Shown: positions 62,574 through 64,000 of the stretch, piece by piece
How the letters are laid out: the number at the start of each line of letters is the position of its first letter
How positions within the stretch are numbered: position 1 is the first letter of the stretch
Assembly: GCA_963794325.1 (NCBI GenBank)
Contig: CAWCDG010000003.1
Coordinates: forward strand, 32,001-96,000
Source of the DNA: an uncultured delta proteobacterium
Lineage (GTDB): Bacteria > Desulfobacterota > Binatia > Binatales > Binataceae
Reading direction: 5' to 3'
DNA length: 64,000 nucleotides
Made by a program: the position numbers and the translations under genes
The notes under the pieces: generated by a model
Seen by the model: the letters and a program-made list of their open reading frames with translations, nothing else
Databases searched by the model: none
What the model was told of the DNA's origin: nothing

Positions 62574-63018
62574 ATGAGTTCAAAGATCCGAAACGTTCTA
62601 GTAGGACGCAATTTATTGCGTCGTCTGACTTTCTGCGCCCTCGCTCTCGTCTCTCTCTGCATGCGCCCAGCAAGGCGGCGGCCTCCTGCAGCCGACTCCG
62701 AAACAGATCATCAGCGGCAAAAACACAATCGTGCCCAGCGCCGCCGCGCTAAGCATGGAGGCGACCAACTTCTGCAACGCACAAGCACAGGTCGATTACG
62801 CGGGCCTGGTCCTATACTGCGAAGGTAAGACTCCCGCGCTGCCGCTATCGATTAACACCACCTATCAGACCGAGAGCAATCAGTTCTCATGCCAGGTGTA
62901 CGGCTACACCAATTCGAGCAATCAGTTAATCGTCCCGCAGACGGTGACGCTGGGTAACTGTCCGATTGGCACAGCGCCCGCACCTGTGACGGCTCCATCA
63001 GGAGCGGTGAAGAGTTAG
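62574..63018 (+). pseudogene. Cys-rich lipoprotein, frameshifted in a (TC)n tract
   Basis: Adding one CT at 62650-62658 yields VSLSAC and joins the 62731-63018 frame. Confidence 0.6.
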
Positions 63019-63037
63019 GTGAGTAATGGCATATAGC

Positions 63038-63285
63038 AACCTAACCCCTAACCCCTTCCCTCGAGGGAAGGGGAACAATCGCGCACGAGGTCCGCGCGCG
63101 AGAACGGAACGCGTCCTTAATACTGAAAAAAAGGGGTCACCCCCAACCATCCGGTTCCCCTTCCCGCTCGGGAAGGGGTTAGGGGTTAGGTTCCACTATT
63201 CAACCGCAATCCTAATCTTCGGGAGGGGGTTAAGCTTCCTGCGATTGTTCCCCTTCCCTCGAGGGAAGGGGTTAGGGGTTAGGTT
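63038..63285. repeat. MITE/REPIN-like composite with 45-bp perfect terminal inverted repeats
   Basis: 63038-63082 is the reverse complement of 63241-63285; interior holds module D and another module A. Confidence 0.85.
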
Positions 63286-63316
63286 CCTCAAGCCTGAAAC
63301 TCCAGGAGCGATCTGA

Positions 63317-63619
63317 TTGGAACTAGGCAATGCCGCCGGATGGGCCGCCGCTTTTGTCGCCTTCGTTGCTGTCAATGCCAGCACAATCCAATGGCTGCTG
63401 AAGCGGCGCGACGATCAGCGTGAACGCGACTCCAGCCGGGTGACCGATCTGGAAGACGCGCTCACTGAATTGCGGGTGAGCATGCCGCTCGAGTACGTGC
63501 GCCGCGAGGACTGGATCAGATTCAGCGGCACCTTGGACGCGAAGTTGGATGCGATGCGCGAAGAAGTACGCGAACAGATTGGCGAAGTAAAGGAAAGGCT
63601 ATATGCCGGACGCAATTGA
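63317..63619 (+). CDS. Mu gp25-like membrane-anchored coiled-coil phage protein
   Basis: N-terminal TM, MPLEYVRREDW, position before the gp26-like gene. Confidence 0.65.
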   Translation: MELGNAAGWAAAFVAFVAVNASTIQWLLKRRDDQRERDSSRVTDLEDALTELRVSMPLEYVRREDWIRFSGTLDAKLDAMREEVREQIGEVKERLYAGRN

Positions 63620-63917
63620 CCTTGAACAAAAGAATCGCGAGGAAGCGCGCTGGCGGATGCTGCGCGTGGTTGACGCGGGCCGTCCGATAGCCGTCTCCGA
63701 GCAGATAGTCTGGCGGGTGCTCGCCGATATCAAGCTGTCGCTATCGCTCAACACCGTGCGCCGCGAACTCTCCTACCTGCGCGACCTGGGACTTATCGAA
63801 CTCGAAGGCGAGGACGCGGAAACCTGGTTCGCGAAGTTGACCGCCAACGGCGTCGACGTCGTCGAGTACACCTCCGCATCACCGGCCGGCATCGCCCGCC
63901 CGCGCAAATACTGGTGA
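63603..63917 (+). CDS. Mu gp26-like winged-helix protein
   Basis: REEARWRML..VRRELSYLRDLGLIE..LTANGVDVVEY..GIARP. Confidence 0.75.
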   Translation: MPDAIDLEQKNREEARWRMLRVVDAGRPIAVSEQIVWRVLADIKLSLSLNTVRRELSYLRDLGLIELEGEDAETWFAKLTANGVDVVEYTSASPAGIARPRKYW

Positions 63918-63927
63918 GGCGCGCGCG

Positions 63928-64000
63928 ATGAAGAAAAAGAGCGAGGCCAAGAAAAAGAAACCCGCCGCGCACCCAAAGCGCGTGCCGATAGATCCGATTC
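63928..64000 (+). CDS. Partial ORF, positionally gp27/DUF3486 (small terminase-like)
   Basis: ATG after GAGG, open to the window end; identity inferred from synteny only. Confidence 0.35.
   Translation, partial: MKKKSEAKKKKPAAHPKRVPIDPI

Larger units (their letters stand above)
59684..64000. mobile_element. Mu-like phage-derived region lacking early transposition genes; continues beyond the window
   Basis: Repressor divergent from Mor-like, holin-like, lipoprotein, gp25-like and gp26-like genes. Confidence 0.75.

Noticed and set aside
54989-63285. TTAGGG-like tracts as telomere or eukaryotic contamination
   Set aside because: Only about two units each, embedded in hairpin repeats between bacterial genes.
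63026-63316. 96-aa ORF as a true phage gene
   Set aside because: Almost entirely repeat-derived; kept only as a repeat observation.

Overview
GC-rich bacterial chromosomal window. The gene content (DZR-adenylate cyclase-AAA-TPR, LLM oxidoreductase with alpha/beta hydrolase, CaiB pair, many lipoproteins) resembles Candidatus Binatota or similar soil bacteria; this is an inference only. From left to right it contains: a catabolic beta-oxidation-like cluster (4.7-10.5 kb); an AT-richer putative heme operon (StyC-like membrane protein, duplicated-domain protein, DyP; 10.6-14 kb); two domain-permuted AAA/TPR regulators flanking dps and catalase; an RND efflux operon; marC-gadB; a phosphonate cluster (PMH, phnX, FAD oxidoreductase); a candidate signalling/lipid-amide module (XRE, two ABC permeases, desaturase, LuxI/FeeM-like GNAT, divergent ImmA/IrrE-like metallopeptidase; 47-54.4 kb); and, from about 59.7 kb, a Mu-like phage-derived block that has a repressor, Mor, holin and gp25/gp26-like genes but no ner/transposase A/B. 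Intergenic DNA carries a modular family of palindromic repeats, one with a telomere-like GGGTTAGGGGTTAGG tail. Several single-base frameshifts may be assembly errors. No rRNA, tRNA or CRISPR array was seen. All family calls come from motif recognition by eye, not database searches.
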